A stretch of 64,000 bases of DNA from the IMG/VR virus record IMGVR_UViG_3300034061_002899, one strand, 5' to 3'. A program made the position numbers and the translations under genes. Source of the stretch: a virus. Shown here piece by piece: positions 38,848-48,866 of this stretch (the stretch's first letter is position 1; each line of letters begins with the position of its first letter). The notes beneath the pieces were generated by a model, which was not told the origin of the DNA, ran no database searches, and was given only the letters and a program-made list of their open reading frames with translations.

Positions 38848-40169
38848 ACCATTTTTTTCAGTTCTTCATTCACGGATTCAATAACTCTATCCCATGTTCC
38901 ATCTGTCTGACGGAATAGCCTCATGCAAGTGTAGAATGGAGTATCGTTTCTATTTGTAAACCAACGCCAATCACACGCATAGTCTGATAGCAATGTCCAA
39001 GTAGGCACTCCGATACTGGCAGATAAATGTACAGTGGCTGTATCAATACTGATAACTAAATCTAAATTCTTCATCAAGCCAGCAACACTATAGAAGTCAC
39101 CCAACTCATTTCCATAAACAATAACACCATTGTCTTGTAATAGTTTTGTTTGTTCCGGACTAGCATCAAACTCTAAACTAATCAGTTCAACATCATCACT
39201 TTTAATTTTTAGCAATGTTGGTAAATCAATGTTTTTAAAACGATTGATGAAGTTAGCACGATTACTGTTCCAAACAATACCAATACGTTTCTTAGTTGTC
39301 GGTCCTAGTCTGTTTTTCCAGTATTCAACAATATCATCACCTATACTATAGTTTACAGGGGGTATTGTGTCTATTGTAGTGTTGAAACATTTAGGCAACT
39401 CCATTAATGGAACATGATAATGATACGTTAATTCTTGTTGGTTGTGAATCTTAACGTTAGGATAGTTATACGCAAAGAATCGTTCTAATGGTGGTCGGCA
39501 CAATAACGTGATGTGTGCACCTTTATCTATTAATAGATTTAGGTATCTACCAAATTGAACACAATCACCTAACCCTTGTTCAACATAAACAAACACAATT
39601 TTATTTTTTATATCTTGTGTGCCGTTATATTCTTCACCGTCAAGTATAGGTTTGAAAGAATTATCACTTTCATAGAACCAACGTGCATCATAGTATTCCC
39701 AGCCCTTAGTAAAGTCACCATTCATTAAGTGTGCAATGCAAAGGTTTAACCTAGCAGTCATGTCATTGGGATTAAGTTTAGTTGCTAATTCTAAAAAATG
39801 TATTGCGATATCAGGTCTGCCAAATTCTCTCAATGTGTTAGCGTAATTACTATAAGCCTCACTATGGTCTATATTTAATAGAAATACATTAGCAAATGCA
39901 ACTAATGCTTCTTTATATTTACCGAGTAAACGTAATATGCTACCATATGCTAACCAACTTTCAGCATAGCCATTGTTCATTGGCAGTTGTAGTATAGGTA
40001 TGGCTTCTTTCAGTCTATCAAGTTTAATTAATGATAAACCTTTATTATGACATACTATATAATTTTCAGGATGTACAGCTAGAATAGAATCATAATGAAT
40101 GATTGCTTGTTCATATTGTTTGTTAATATAGCATTGATTGCCTGAGTCTAGTTCAGTTTGCAGGTCCAT
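38844..40169 (-). CDS. TPR-repeat glycosyltransferase (GT9-like)
   Basis: TPR helices; EQGLGDCVQF, RIGIVW, LDLVISIDTATVHLSASIGVPTW, DWRW. Confidence 0.88.
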   Translation of the reverse strand: MDLQTELDSGNQCYINKQYEQAIIHYDSILAVHPENYIVCHNKGLSLIKLDRLKEAIPILQLPMNNGYAESWLAYGSILRLLGKYKEALVAFANVFLLNIDHSEAYSNYANTLREFGRPDIAIHFLELATKLNPNDMTARLNLCIAHLMNGDFTKGWEYYDARWFYESDNSFKPILDGEEYNGTQDIKNKIVFVYVEQGLGDCVQFGRYLNLLIDKGAHITLLCRPPLERFFAYNYPNVKIHNQQELTYHYHVPLMELPKCFNTTIDTIPPVNYSIGDDIVEYWKNRLGPTTKKRIGIVWNSNRANFINRFKNIDLPTLLKIKSDDVELISLEFDASPEQTKLLQDNGVIVYGNELGDFYSVAGLMKNLDLVISIDTATVHLSASIGVPTWTLLSDYACDWRWFTNRNDTPFYTCMRLFRQTDGTWDRVIESVNEELKKMV

Positions 40170-40512
40170 GTTCAGTATCTTTGTCAGTATTTAATACACC
40201 AAATACAATGAACACAATAAAATTAATATAAGGTACTAAAAAACTAAGAGTGAACCATGGGCTAATACCTGCATCTCTACAACGTCTAATTGCAGTAGCA
40301 AGCATTGTCCATGTAAGTGTAAGTGAGGTAACTATCATTATAATAGAACCAATTATGATTCCCAGCATGCCGGTAAGTGTTAATATAAAAAATAATAATG
40401 TCACAATAGCAAGAATAAGCCAGGTAGATAAGTATACTCCCCAATATTCGCTACGGGTGGCACGACCTTCAGTCGTAATATATTGTTTATAATGTTGTAA
40501 TGTTTTCATCAT
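40153..40512 (-). CDS. DUF805 membrane protein
   Basis: GRATRSEYW...IRRCRDAG. Confidence 0.85.
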   Translation of the reverse strand: MMKTLQHYKQYITTEGRATRSEYWGVYLSTWLILAIVTLLFFILTLTGMLGIIIGSIIMIVTSLTLTWTMLATAIRRCRDAGISPWFTLSFLVPYINFIVFIVFGVLNTDKDTEHGPAN

Positions 40513-40831
40513 ATTCCTTTGTTATGTCGCCCAATGATGTTGAGATATGCTTGATACTTTTGATGGTAAAACTTCTCCATTCGTTTTTTTCTAAATCAAA
40601 AACACGCATTGATGTGGTGCTTTCTTTTCTAGGTTTTTTATCTTCGGTAACTATTTTAGGTTCTACTTTAGGTAATAGTTCTGGATCCAATGTGCATTTC
40701 ATCACACGTTCAGTCCCATCTTTTTTAGTAAATGTAATTGTGACAGGATTGATTTTTAACACGCCATTTAACCATTCGATTAATTTGTCCCAGTCTTTGT
40801 CTGTGTCTGTCCATTCAGTAGAAATGTTCAT
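40487..40831 (-). CDS. WYL-like/SH3-fold phage protein (DUF2693-like)
   Basis: TFTKKDGTERVMKCTL...VFDLEKNEWRSF. Confidence 0.8.
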   Translation of the reverse strand: MNISTEWTDTDKDWDKLIEWLNGVLKINPVTITFTKKDGTERVMKCTLDPELLPKVEPKIVTEDKKPRKESTTSMRVFDLEKNEWRSFTIKSIKHISTSLGDITKEYDENITTL

Positions 40832-41115
40832 GCTATCATCCTTATTAATCCGATTGAATCGATTGTGGTAAGCAAGATATAATTAGCCAGCATACCAAAG
40901 GAACGCCTACTATAAGCGCACCAAGCATATATAGCACAACCTGCAATCCATGCGGGGTACAATGCAAGAAGGGGAGGGTTAGGCACGGTGACGGCCATAA
41001 TGATACTACAACCAATAGATATAGCCCAAGCAAGGACCTCAAGATAAAAACGTACTGGATGAGTTTTGTAGTCATCTTTGATCCAAGCGAAAATTCCATA
41101 AAAAATATTGTTCAT
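40828..41115 (-). CDS. Three-TM membrane protein
   Basis: Hydrophobic helices; promoter TTGATA-17-TATCAT at 41121-41149. Confidence 0.75.
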   Translation of the reverse strand: MNNIFYGIFAWIKDDYKTHPVRFYLEVLAWAISIGCSIIMAVTVPNPPLLALYPAWIAGCAIYAWCAYSRRSFGMLANYILLTTIDSIGLIRMIA

Positions 41116-41158
41116 AATATATGATACACTATGAACGATAGAATATCAACTGGTTTGG

Positions 41159-41470
41159 TTACTGACAAGTACGCTCTCTATAGATAATACCATCAGCGTT
41201 CATAATTTCTTTCCATTCTGTACAGACAGTTTGACGATGTACATAAACAGGGGGTTGTTGAAGAACAACTGTTTCTTGTCGACGGTTGTTTGCAATTGCG
41301 GCTCCTACGACACCGCCAATAATCAAAGGTGCCACCCAGTTACCGTTTCCACCACCGTGAATATATCCATGGTGTCTGTAATGGTTATGCCAATGATGAT
41401 GGTGCCAATGTTGTGCCATTGCTGTACCAGACAATACAAAAAGTGATAATCCTACTAGAATTTTTTTCAT
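41159..41470 (-). CDS. Secreted His-rich protein
   Basis: Signal peptide, HWHHHHWHNHYRHH, WVAPLIIGGVVGAAI. Confidence 0.75.
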   Translation of the reverse strand: MKKILVGLSLFVLSGTAMAQHWHHHHWHNHYRHHGYIHGGGNGNWVAPLIIGGVVGAAIANNRRQETVVLQQPPVYVHRQTVCTEWKEIMNADGIIYRERTCQ

Positions 41471-41498
41471 AGTATTTCTCCTATACTAATATAACGTT

Positions 41499-42032
41499 TT
41501 ACTCAAGTGTTCCGTTGACACGATGTTTGTCCACAACCTCTTGCAAAATAATCTCTATCATATTATTTAGTGTGATATCACGTTTATGTGCTTCCATGGC
41601 AAGTTGCAAAATAGTATCATTGTCGAGGTCTACCGGTAATTGAATACGAGTATCCCAATAGTCACCATTGAACATTGCTTTTGATTTCTCTAGGAAGTCT
41701 TCATCTGTTTCCAACTCAATCCACTTCACATCATCCCATGCTTGATTGGGTTTGACATTGCGTTCTTTTGCTTCATTGAGATAAGCATCTTTGAATTCAT
41801 TATTAGTCCAACGATATGGTTTGTCATATCGGTCATCATCGGGCCATACCCCCGACTTAATAGATGCGTCTGCTTGATATACAGTTTGGTCTACTGTACT
41901 ATACAATATTGAAACGTGGGCGTATTCACTTTCATAATCTAGGAATCGTGCGTTTGGAAAACAGTTCCAATGATATTCAGACCCACCGGTGATTTGGTGA
42001 TTCATTGCTTCATTTATCTTGCTTAGATGCAT
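41499..42032 (-). CDS. Hypothetical protein
   Basis: C-terminal LAMEAHKRDITLN ribbon-helix-helix-like tail. Confidence 0.75.
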   Translation of the reverse strand: MHLSKINEAMNHQITGGSEYHWNCFPNARFLDYESEYAHVSILYSTVDQTVYQADASIKSGVWPDDDRYDKPYRWTNNEFKDAYLNEAKERNVKPNQAWDDVKWIELETDEDFLEKSKAMFNGDYWDTRIQLPVDLDNDTILQLAMEAHKRDITLNNMIEIILQEVVDKHRVNGTLE

Positions 42033-42216
42033 TTTTTAACTCCATAAGAGGTTCAATGTTGTTAGTATAAATCTGTTCCATTGTTTTGTAAAGCATTTTG
42101 GCATCTTCTTCTGTCATGCCGGCTGTCCAAGATGGTTCATCTTTGGTTTTTCTCAATCCATAATCATGCCTATATGTCATACACATGTCATGGATTGTTT
42201 TTTCTTTATCGTTCAT
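42010..42216 (-). CDS. Hypothetical protein
   Basis: MCMTYRHDYGL. Confidence 0.75.
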   Translation of the reverse strand: MNDKEKTIHDMCMTYRHDYGLRKTKDEPSWTAGMTEEDAKMLYKTMEQIYTNNIEPLMELKNASKQDK

Positions 42217-42498
42217 TTAATCACCGCTATCAATCTGATACCGATCTCCGCAATGTTTGCAAGTATAGCCTGTCAAACATCTTCCATCTGATTGGCTTGT
42301 ATAATTATGTGTACAAGGTACACCATCACTATTTAATCTTACTTGACCTCTAGGAGATCCATACATATACTGTCCACCACAATTATGACAATTACGGTGT
42401 GTTTTATTGTTATTCCAAGAATAACTTTTTTCGGTGTCAGTCAATTCAACTTGACAAGTCCCGTTACATACAGGACACAATCCATATCCGTCTCTCAT
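42217..42498 (-). CDS. Zinc-ribbon protein
   Basis: CPVC, CHNC, CKHC; AAGGAG RBS before MRDGYG. Confidence 0.75.
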   Translation of the reverse strand: MRDGYGLCPVCNGTCQVELTDTEKSYSWNNNKTHRNCHNCGGQYMYGSPRGQVRLNSDGVPCTHNYTSQSDGRCLTGYTCKHCGDRYQIDSGD

Positions 42499-42508
42499 AC
42501 TATACTCC

Positions 42509-42736
42509 TTAACTATAAGCCTTAACAAGACCTATTAAACATGTTACGATTGCTACTGCATTAACTATAAACTGTGGTCTATTTTTAACACGAATAGTCC
42601 ATGTCATAAATGCAATTGTACCTAATGTGAATGCTACAATGTTGTAGGGATACGCATCCGGACCAATTGAATTACAAACGTGACCAATGATAATGAATAC
42701 TGCTCCGACCCATTGTAGGCTATCATTCAATTTCAT
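42509..42736 (-). CDS. Small membrane protein
   Basis: Start revised to MKLNDSLQW; 3 hydrophobic segments. Confidence 0.7.
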   Translation of the reverse strand: MKLNDSLQWVGAVFIIIGHVCNSIGPDAYPYNIVAFTLGTIAFMTWTIRVKNRPQFIVNAVAIVTCLIGLVKAYS

Positions 42737-42819
42737 TAGAATACATCTTTCAAAATAATTGCTAGACCCATCACAATGACGGGCAACATTACGATACACA
42801 AATTAATATATGCTTGCAT
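42736..42819 (-). CDS. 27-aa hydrophobic peptide (not in ORF track)
   Basis: MQAYINLCIVMLPVIVMGLAIILKDVF; AGGA RBS; fills the gap exactly. Confidence 0.55.
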   Translation of the reverse strand: MQAYINLCIVMLPVIVMGLAIILKDVF

Positions 42820-42820
42820 T

Positions 42821-43045
42821 TTACAGTCCTACACTTTTCTTAATTACATAACGGGCGATCTTTTCATCAAAGTACATACGAACACCATCTTTGACAGGAT
42901 CCTCAACTACAATCTCACCTAGCTCAGTAGCGAGGGCTTTTGTAAATTTAAGCAAAATACTGTATGTATCCTCAGATTGGTTTAACGGATCACGGTCCAG
43001 AATTTGTACTGTATCGTTAATTAATTTTTCAATTTGTTCGTTCAT
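42821..43045 (-). CDS. Hypothetical protein
   Basis: MNEQIEKL; TAATG coupling. Confidence 0.7.
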   Translation of the reverse strand: MNEQIEKLINDTVQILDRDPLNQSEDTYSILLKFTKALATELGEIVVEDPVKDGVRMYFDEKIARYVIKKSVGL

Positions 43046-43383
43046 TACTTTACTCCAAATGTGTTCAATGCTGGTTGCATTGTGTTGATTAATTCTGTCT
43101 CACGTGCATGAGCAGGACGTTTGCCTCGAACAACCTCTAAGGTTCCAAATACAAAACGCTCGGCACCACGTTCACGCAACGCACGACTCAGACCCCAGTT
43201 TTTGTTTTCTGCTAAGGCACGTTGCATGTGTTTTTGCATACGACGGCGCAATGTGCAAAAAACATTACCTTTGAATGACAAAGCGGTAAGACCGACATAG
43301 TACTCAAGTGTCTCTACATCCTGAATGTAGTATATAACTTGATTGCGGTCTGTTCTGCGTTTGCGGGTGATTTTCGAGTTCAT
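43045..43383 (-). CDS. GIY-YIG-family nuclease-like protein
   Basis: VIYYI...YYVGLT...RRRMQKH...ETELI...LN. Confidence 0.75.
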   Translation of the reverse strand: MNSKITRKRRTDRNQVIYYIQDVETLEYYVGLTALSFKGNVFCTLRRRMQKHMQRALAENKNWGLSRALRERGAERFVFGTLEVVRGKRPAHARETELINTMQPALNTFGVK

Positions 43384-43389
43384 AGATGA

Positions 43390-43418
43390 ATTGTACACTA
43401 AAGCCCATTTATTGTCAA
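43390..43418 (-). promoter_or_regulatory. Early sigma70 promoter giving leaderless mRNA
   Basis: TTGACAATAAATGG..-TACAAT, 6 nt, then ATG. Confidence 0.85.
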
Positions 43419-43569
43419 ATTTTGATTGTCCCGTATGTTAGTTAGTACTAACTTAGGATAATTTCTATAGTTGTGAGTCAGTATAGACCCCGGATAACTC
43501 TATCGATTTTGAAGCACCTAAGGCACAAAAATGAGTACTTTTTAATACAAAATATGTAATACTTGAGTA

Positions 43570-44046
43570 TTACTTTTCTTCAGTTTTAGGGATATCTTTT
43601 TCTACGGGATATTCGTAGTTTGTAGTATCAAGATTTTCACGGAAAACAATAGCACCATTCTTTAAATGAAAACGTCTGGCCATATTAGTTTTTGGACTGA
43701 GAGTTACAAACCTAGTTACACTTGGGTATTGTTCTTGTATCCCTTTAACAGCCTGAAATAATAACTCTTGACCTTTACCACTTTTATAACTCCATATAGT
43801 ATAGAATATAGCAGTAGTTGGTACTTGTGCAGTTTTATCTAAATCTTTAATATCTGCTGGAATAAAATCATGGAAACTAACACATACCATTGCTTCTGGA
43901 TTACTTTCTTCTTGTTCATTATCCGTTAATGCCGCTACCATTCTACCATCACTTACTCTATAATCGGTAGGTATTTCAGGACGAACTGGGTCGTCTTTAA
44001 TAAACTCTAAAAATCTATGTGATATATCTCGGATAAAGTGAAGCAT
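43570..44046 (-). CDS. Hypothetical protein, GNAT-like
   Basis: DDPVRP, FYTIWSYKSGKG, TLSPKTNMARRFHLKNGA. Confidence 0.7.
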   Translation of the reverse strand: MLHFIRDISHRFLEFIKDDPVRPEIPTDYRVSDGRMVAALTDNEQEESNPEAMVCVSFHDFIPADIKDLDKTAQVPTTAIFYTIWSYKSGKGQELLFQAVKGIQEQYPSVTRFVTLSPKTNMARRFHLKNGAIVFRENLDTTNYEYPVEKDIPKTEEK

Positions 44047-44136
44047 GTTAATCTCTGGGTAGTGTTATTCATATTTAGCATTAGTTTTAAAATATGTTAT
44101 TATTTAGCGTTATTTACTAGATTACTAAATATGCAT

Positions 44137-45048
44137 ATGGCAAACATAATTGAGTGGAATGTTGGGTTAGACAACTATAAAAAATGTACTTTGGAAATAG
44201 GAACTCCAAGTAATAAATTTACCACAGAATTACTAGATGTTCCTATTAAAACAGGACGAAGTATTACTGATATATTCAATGACCATTTAGCTAATAGACA
44301 AACCAAATACGTAGAGATATTATACAGTGGTGGATTAGATAGTGAATTGGTATTGCTTTCATGTATTAAAAATAATATACCTGTAATAGTAATGACTTTA
44401 ATTATCAAAGTAGATGGTATGATAATTAATACCCATGATTTATATTATGCTGAAAAATTTTGTAGAGAGCATAATATAACTCATAAACTTATTGAATTAA
44501 ATGCTAATAAGTTTTTTGAAAATGGTATATATTTAGATTATTTGGTCCCGTATTATATTATAGAACCACATGTGGCTACACATTTCTGGTTAATAGAACA
44601 ATGTGATTATTTTCCAATATTGGGAGGTGATTGGCCGTGGGTACATACGCATCTTGAAAATAAAATTGTATCTCCGTCTAGATTGGAATTCTCTAGCTAT
44701 GAACGATTTATGAAAGATAAAGGTATAAATGGAATCGGTAATATGATTGGGTACAGTTTAGAAGCCAGTTGTAAATTTATAAAAATGCACATAGACAATC
44801 ATATTCCCGGTGAAACAACATCTAATTTCAAATCACGAATGTATCAACAAATGTATCCGGAGTTAGAACCCAGAATGAGAAGCTATGGATGGGAACATCA
44901 TAGAAATAAAACAAATTTATTTAATATATTAAATTATAAAATAGAGTTACTAAAAAGAGTTAGACCTAATAGTAGTCAGATTAAGTGGAATAACGTCATC
45001 AAAACACTATTAAATGCATCAGCTAATAAAAATGACAAATTTAGATAA
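44137..45048 (+). CDS. N-type ATP pyrophosphatase (PP-loop) family protein
   Basis: YSGGLDSE motif; start placed after CTAAATA late-type promoter. Confidence 0.7.
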   Translation: MANIIEWNVGLDNYKKCTLEIGTPSNKFTTELLDVPIKTGRSITDIFNDHLANRQTKYVEILYSGGLDSELVLLSCIKNNIPVIVMTLIIKVDGMIINTHDLYYAEKFCREHNITHKLIELNANKFFENGIYLDYLVPYYIIEPHVATHFWLIEQCDYFPILGGDWPWVHTHLENKIVSPSRLEFSSYERFMKDKGINGIGNMIGYSLEASCKFIKMHIDNHIPGETTSNFKSRMYQQMYPELEPRMRSYGWEHHRNKTNLFNILNYKIELLKRVRPNSSQIKWNNVIKTLLNASANKNDKFR

Positions 45049-45616
45049 TTTTAATACCTATGAATCATTCTCACATGGATTAGTAACTAGTAAAATATGG
45101 TTATGTGAGCAATTAGAAAAAGTATTAGGTGACAGAGAATCTGCTACTATTAATATATTAGGGTGCTGGGATAATCTATTAGCATTCATGTTGGTAGTAA
45201 GAAAACCAACTTACTACAAAGAATTACATGGCTATGATATAGATCCTAAATCCATTGCAGTCGCAAATAAAATATGCGATGCTTGGTTATTTGAAGCTAC
45301 TAAAATTTACAACCATGTAGCAGATGCCAACTCTATACATTTTGTTGACAACACCCATGTGTTTATCAATTGTAGTGTGGATCAGTTTAAATCAAATGAA
45401 TGGTTTGATAATATACCAATTGGCAGTCTAGTTTGCATACAATCTAGTGATATGCCAATTGACAATGATAAGTGGGAAATAACTCAAAGTGTTGGTTCAC
45501 TTACTGAATTAGAAGAAAGATATAAAATGTCTAAAGTGTTATATAAAGGGGATTTTTATATTGACTATGGTACTTGGGGTTATACTAGATTTATGCTTAT
45601 TGGTATAAAAAAATAG
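45032..45616 (+). CDS. SAM-dependent methyltransferase-like protein
   Basis: SKIWL, ILGCW, YDIDP, INCSVDQ, RFMLIG. Confidence 0.7.
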   Translation: MTNLDNFNTYESFSHGLVTSKIWLCEQLEKVLGDRESATINILGCWDNLLAFMLVVRKPTYYKELHGYDIDPKSIAVANKICDAWLFEATKIYNHVADANSIHFVDNTHVFINCSVDQFKSNEWFDNIPIGSLVCIQSSDMPIDNDKWEITQSVGSLTELEERYKMSKVLYKGDFYIDYGTWGYTRFMLIGIKK

Positions 45617-45635
45617 GGACCGAAGTCCCTATTTT
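45610..45635. terminator. Bidirectional terminator
   Basis: AAAATAGGGAC-CGAA-GTCCCTATTTT. Confidence 0.9.
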
Positions 45636-46218
45636 AACTCGGTGCATAGACCTCTTCATGGCTCTTCATTCCAACTGAGCCACCTTCATCTTTGATTCGT
45701 TTGATAACATCCTCAAATAAGATTGGTCTATAATCGGTATGTTCAACACATACACAATGATAGCGAGTATCCAGTAATTCTTCATCACTAAATAAATCCC
45801 TATACATTACACGATTTGCATGTAAGTGACCGTGAATGTTAGTTCCGAAACGACCTAACGATTCAGGATGAATTGGAATGTGACTTAATATCATTCCGTT
45901 CATCACATGATAAGCACGTAACTCACGGAAGTACAATCTATACTCATCATCACGGAATATGTCATGGTTACCGCGAATCAATACTTTGTCACCGTTTAAG
46001 CGACTCATAATCTTTAATGCTTTACGATTGATAACAACATCACCTAAGTGATATACTTTATCGTTTGGTCTAACTGTTTCGTTCCAACGCTTAACCATTT
46101 CCTCGTTCATTTCATCTGGATCAGTCCATGGTCGCATCTTTGAACCATCTTTGTTTGTAAAGTGACACACTCCGGTATGTCCAAAGTGGGTATCACTAGT
46201 TAAAAATACTGCTGGCAT
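45634..46218 (-). CDS. Calcineurin-like metallophosphoesterase
   Basis: SDTHFGH, HLGDV, RGNHD, SHIP, HGHLH. Confidence 0.92.
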   Translation of the reverse strand: MPAVFLTSDTHFGHTGVCHFTNKDGSKMRPWTDPDEMNEEMVKRWNETVRPNDKVYHLGDVVINRKALKIMSRLNGDKVLIRGNHDIFRDDEYRLYFRELRAYHVMNGMILSHIPIHPESLGRFGTNIHGHLHANRVMYRDLFSDEELLDTRYHCVCVEHTDYRPILFEDVIKRIKDEGGSVGMKSHEEVYAPS

Positions 46219-46227
46219 ATTATATTC

Positions 46228-46662
46228 CTATTCAAACAACTTTCTAGCTGCCTTAATTTTATCAATTGTTACTTTATGTGATATCACTCTTTTATTTTGA
46301 TGTAGATAATTATAATGAATTCTTCCATTCTTTGTAAAATAACAAAAATCTTCTACAAATAATTTTCCAGAAAAATTTTTTATACCAGAGTCTTCAACAA
46401 TAATCATGTTCTCATTACTAAGTAATCGTTCAGCCTGGTCCCAACTTATTTCTCCCCAATCAGACCCTTCCTTGTGACATTTAATTTCATAAGAATTAAT
46501 TCTATCCTTTGTTAATGTAATAAGGTCACTGTTTTTATATATTGAATTTTTTCCAAATTTAACAGAAAACTCTTTATATGATCCTGCCCAATCTACTTTT
46601 TTGTTTTCTGTTAAAAACTCTACTGCTCGCTGATGACGCTCATATTTTTGACCGCTGGGCAT
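46228..46662 (-). CDS. Hypothetical protein
   Basis: Start revised to MPSGQK; NSDL...YEIKC nuclease-like hint. Confidence 0.6.
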   Translation of the reverse strand: MPSGQKYERHQRAVEFLTENKKVDWAGSYKEFSVKFGKNSIYKNSDLITLTKDRINSYEIKCHKEGSDWGEISWDQAERLLSNENMIIVEDSGIKNFSGKLFVEDFCYFTKNGRIHYNYLHQNKRVISHKVTIDKIKAARKLFE

Positions 46663-46889
46663 TATACCCTCTCTTTCTTTACTCGGCCGATGCGTGACGC
46701 CTTGTTCCAATCGTATGCAACACCATCTGGACATAGACCGGCTACAACACTATCTACACCAAACTTGCCACAGACTTCAAAGTCTATACCTTTGATGGAT
46801 ACAAACTCATTCATCTTCTTTGCCAAGAACATTGCATCATCTAATGAATATACTTCATATTCTGCATTCTTGCCTATTACTTTAATCAT
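46662..46889 (-). CDS. Hypothetical protein
   Basis: AAGGA RBS; GKFGVDSV...PDG. Confidence 0.75.
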   Translation of the reverse strand: MIKVIGKNAEYEVYSLDDAMFLAKKMNEFVSIKGIDFEVCGKFGVDSVVAGLCPDGVAYDWNKASRIGRVKKERV

Positions 46890-46898
46890 ATTAATCCT

Positions 46899-47207
46899 TT
46901 ACGCTGTAAACCAACCTACTTCGTCTTTCAATTCAACAGATTCGGCACCATCATATTCATTTATTCTGAATTCAGTGCCTACTGGTATCCATTGAATTTC
47001 CAAATCCATCATACCACCTTTGAAAACTTCGGGGTATTTTAGTTCCATATATGTCTCTAGTTCATCAAACTTTTCTTGTTCAACTAACTTAACAATAGCC
47101 GGGCTGAAAATTAATTCAGGGAATTGTTGATTCCAAGTATACCAGCCGGAGCCAAAGCCCGGGCTATACAATACTGCTACTTTGTCGTTAACAATAACTT
47201 TGTCCAT
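46899..47207 (-). CDS. Conserved phage hypothetical protein
   Basis: VAVLYSPGFGSGW...FRINEYDGAES. Confidence 0.8.
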   Translation of the reverse strand: MDKVIVNDKVAVLYSPGFGSGWYTWNQQFPELIFSPAIVKLVEQEKFDELETYMELKYPEVFKGGMMDLEIQWIPVGTEFRINEYDGAESVELKDEVGWFTA

Positions 47208-47227
47208 AATTATTCCTTAATATGTGT

Positions 47228-47256
47228 ATTATATACGATTCGGGAATAACTGTCAA
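47228..47256 (-). promoter_or_regulatory. sigma70 promoter
   Basis: TTGACA-17-TATAAT. Confidence 0.85.
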
Positions 47257-48030
47257 CTACAATTTAGCCAGTATACTGCTAGTAGTATAGTCTTCCTTAC
47301 TGATTGCATGTTGTTTTAAAAGTGTTAACTTTTGTTCTAATGGCAAAAGTCCCCATTCTCTTTGTACTTTTGGATTATCTACATCAAAATAATTTTCGGG
47401 ATTAGGAATACTTTCAAATGCTGTTGGTCTAACAATAGAATCATAAACCCAATCCATAACGGCAGTCTGTATGCCAAAATCAGTAGCAAGTTTTAATATT
47501 TGTGACTGGCATCCAATTTCATCCCGATATGCGTGGCGGATACTCATTCTATTATGTACATCACTAGTGGACATCATAAAGTGGTCTTCAATACCGATAT
47601 GTTTATTTCCATCAGGGCCGTGTTGATATTCGTAACGGGTAACATATAACGTATTAGGTTCTGGTGGTAATACACTCTTATCTTTTCGTCTAGCATAGAT
47701 AATATCAGGTCTTGTATCAAATACTGCATCATATACTATCTCACGTTCACGTTGTTTTTTATAGGGAATGATTGAATAATTTAAGTGACTTGGTCCAAGC
47801 CAAGAAGTATAGTGAAAGGGGTCAATAAAAACAGGTAAAAACTTAATTAGTTTTTGATTATTATCTATAAAGCTGTCAGTTATTCTTTTTGTGGGCATAT
47901 TCTCAAGTTGCCAAGTAACAAAATAATACTCAACGTTCTCTGCTATTGATTCGTAAAACTTGAAAGCGGCTTTATGATTATAGTCCCATGTTCTATAATG
48001 ACCTCTTAAAATTACAGCAATATTTTTCAC
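47257..48030 (-). CDS. Putative glycosyltransferase-like protein
   Basis: IAVILRGHYR, YDAVFDTRPD, D.F. Confidence 0.55.
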   Translation of the reverse strand: MKNIAVILRGHYRTWDYNHKAAFKFYESIAENVEYYFVTWQLENMPTKRITDSFIDNNQKLIKFLPVFIDPFHYTSWLGPSHLNYSIIPYKKQREREIVYDAVFDTRPDIIYARRKDKSVLPPEPNTLYVTRYEYQHGPDGNKHIGIEDHFMMSTSDVHNRMSIRHAYRDEIGCQSQILKLATDFGIQTAVMDWVYDSIVRPTAFESIPNPENYFDVDNPKVQREWGLLPLEQKLTLLKQHAISKEDYTTSSILAKL

Positions 48031-48866
48031 AGTAAATTATGTTCAACACAGTATTTGTACATATATTCAGCCCACAATTTGTGACCATAACTGTTAGGAT
48101 GGAACACTTCAAATACTTTTTCATAGTCGTTATTTACTTGTGAAAGAAGATAGTGGTGCATTGTACCTTGTTCTTTACTATCTTTGTTAATAAATTTAAC
48201 TTTGTCAATGCTTTCCCATATTTTTTTAATTCCTAATTCAGTAGTATGAATTTTTTCTGTATATTTTTTATCATCCCATTGGTAAATCATTTGTTGGTAA
48301 TGATGATAAAATGCCTGATGCATTACATATTTTATATTAAGTTGTTTTAACATCATTTCAGTATGCCAAACAGTTGTAACCCATCTAAGTAAAAATTCTT
48401 CTTCACAATAAAAATGTTCAAAGTATAAACGCATCAGTTGATTTATATCATCATTTTTGCAATCGTAATCTAAAGCCCAAGGCCCAAATTCTTGCCATCG
48501 AATACCTTGAGGGTTGTCTTTGTAATAAAACTCAGTTCTTTCTGGACTTGTCCAACCAATAGTAATGAATAAATCACTAGTGTCTCTACCAGAAGTATAT
48601 CCCTCAATACTTAGCCATTCAAGTAGTGTACGTGATATAGCGTCATTACTGTATGCACATTTACTTAAATCAACAATTTCTGTTGCATTTATTGATTTGG
48701 CAAATATATTGAGATATTTGTGTTTTAATCTAAATGCTTCGTTCACTGGTTTAAGATGTAGGTGATGGGCATCGATACCTAATTTCATTATTGGAATAGG
48801 TTCCTCTATTGGATCAACTAACTCTGACCCCCAACACCAACTATCACCGCATCCAATTAGTCGCAT
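48027..48866 (-). CDS. SGNH/GDSL-like protein
   Basis: GDSWCWG, SNDAI.R, GWTSPERTE, FHPNSYGH. Confidence 0.7.
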   Translation of the reverse strand: MRLIGCGDSWCWGSELVDPIEEPIPIMKLGIDAHHLHLKPVNEAFRLKHKYLNIFAKSINATEIVDLSKCAYSNDAISRTLLEWLSIEGYTSGRDTSDLFITIGWTSPERTEFYYKDNPQGIRWQEFGPWALDYDCKNDDINQLMRLYFEHFYCEEEFLLRWVTTVWHTEMMLKQLNIKYVMHQAFYHHYQQMIYQWDDKKYTEKIHTTELGIKKIWESIDKVKFINKDSKEQGTMHHYLLSQVNNDYEKVFEVFHPNSYGHKLWAEYMYKYCVEHNLL

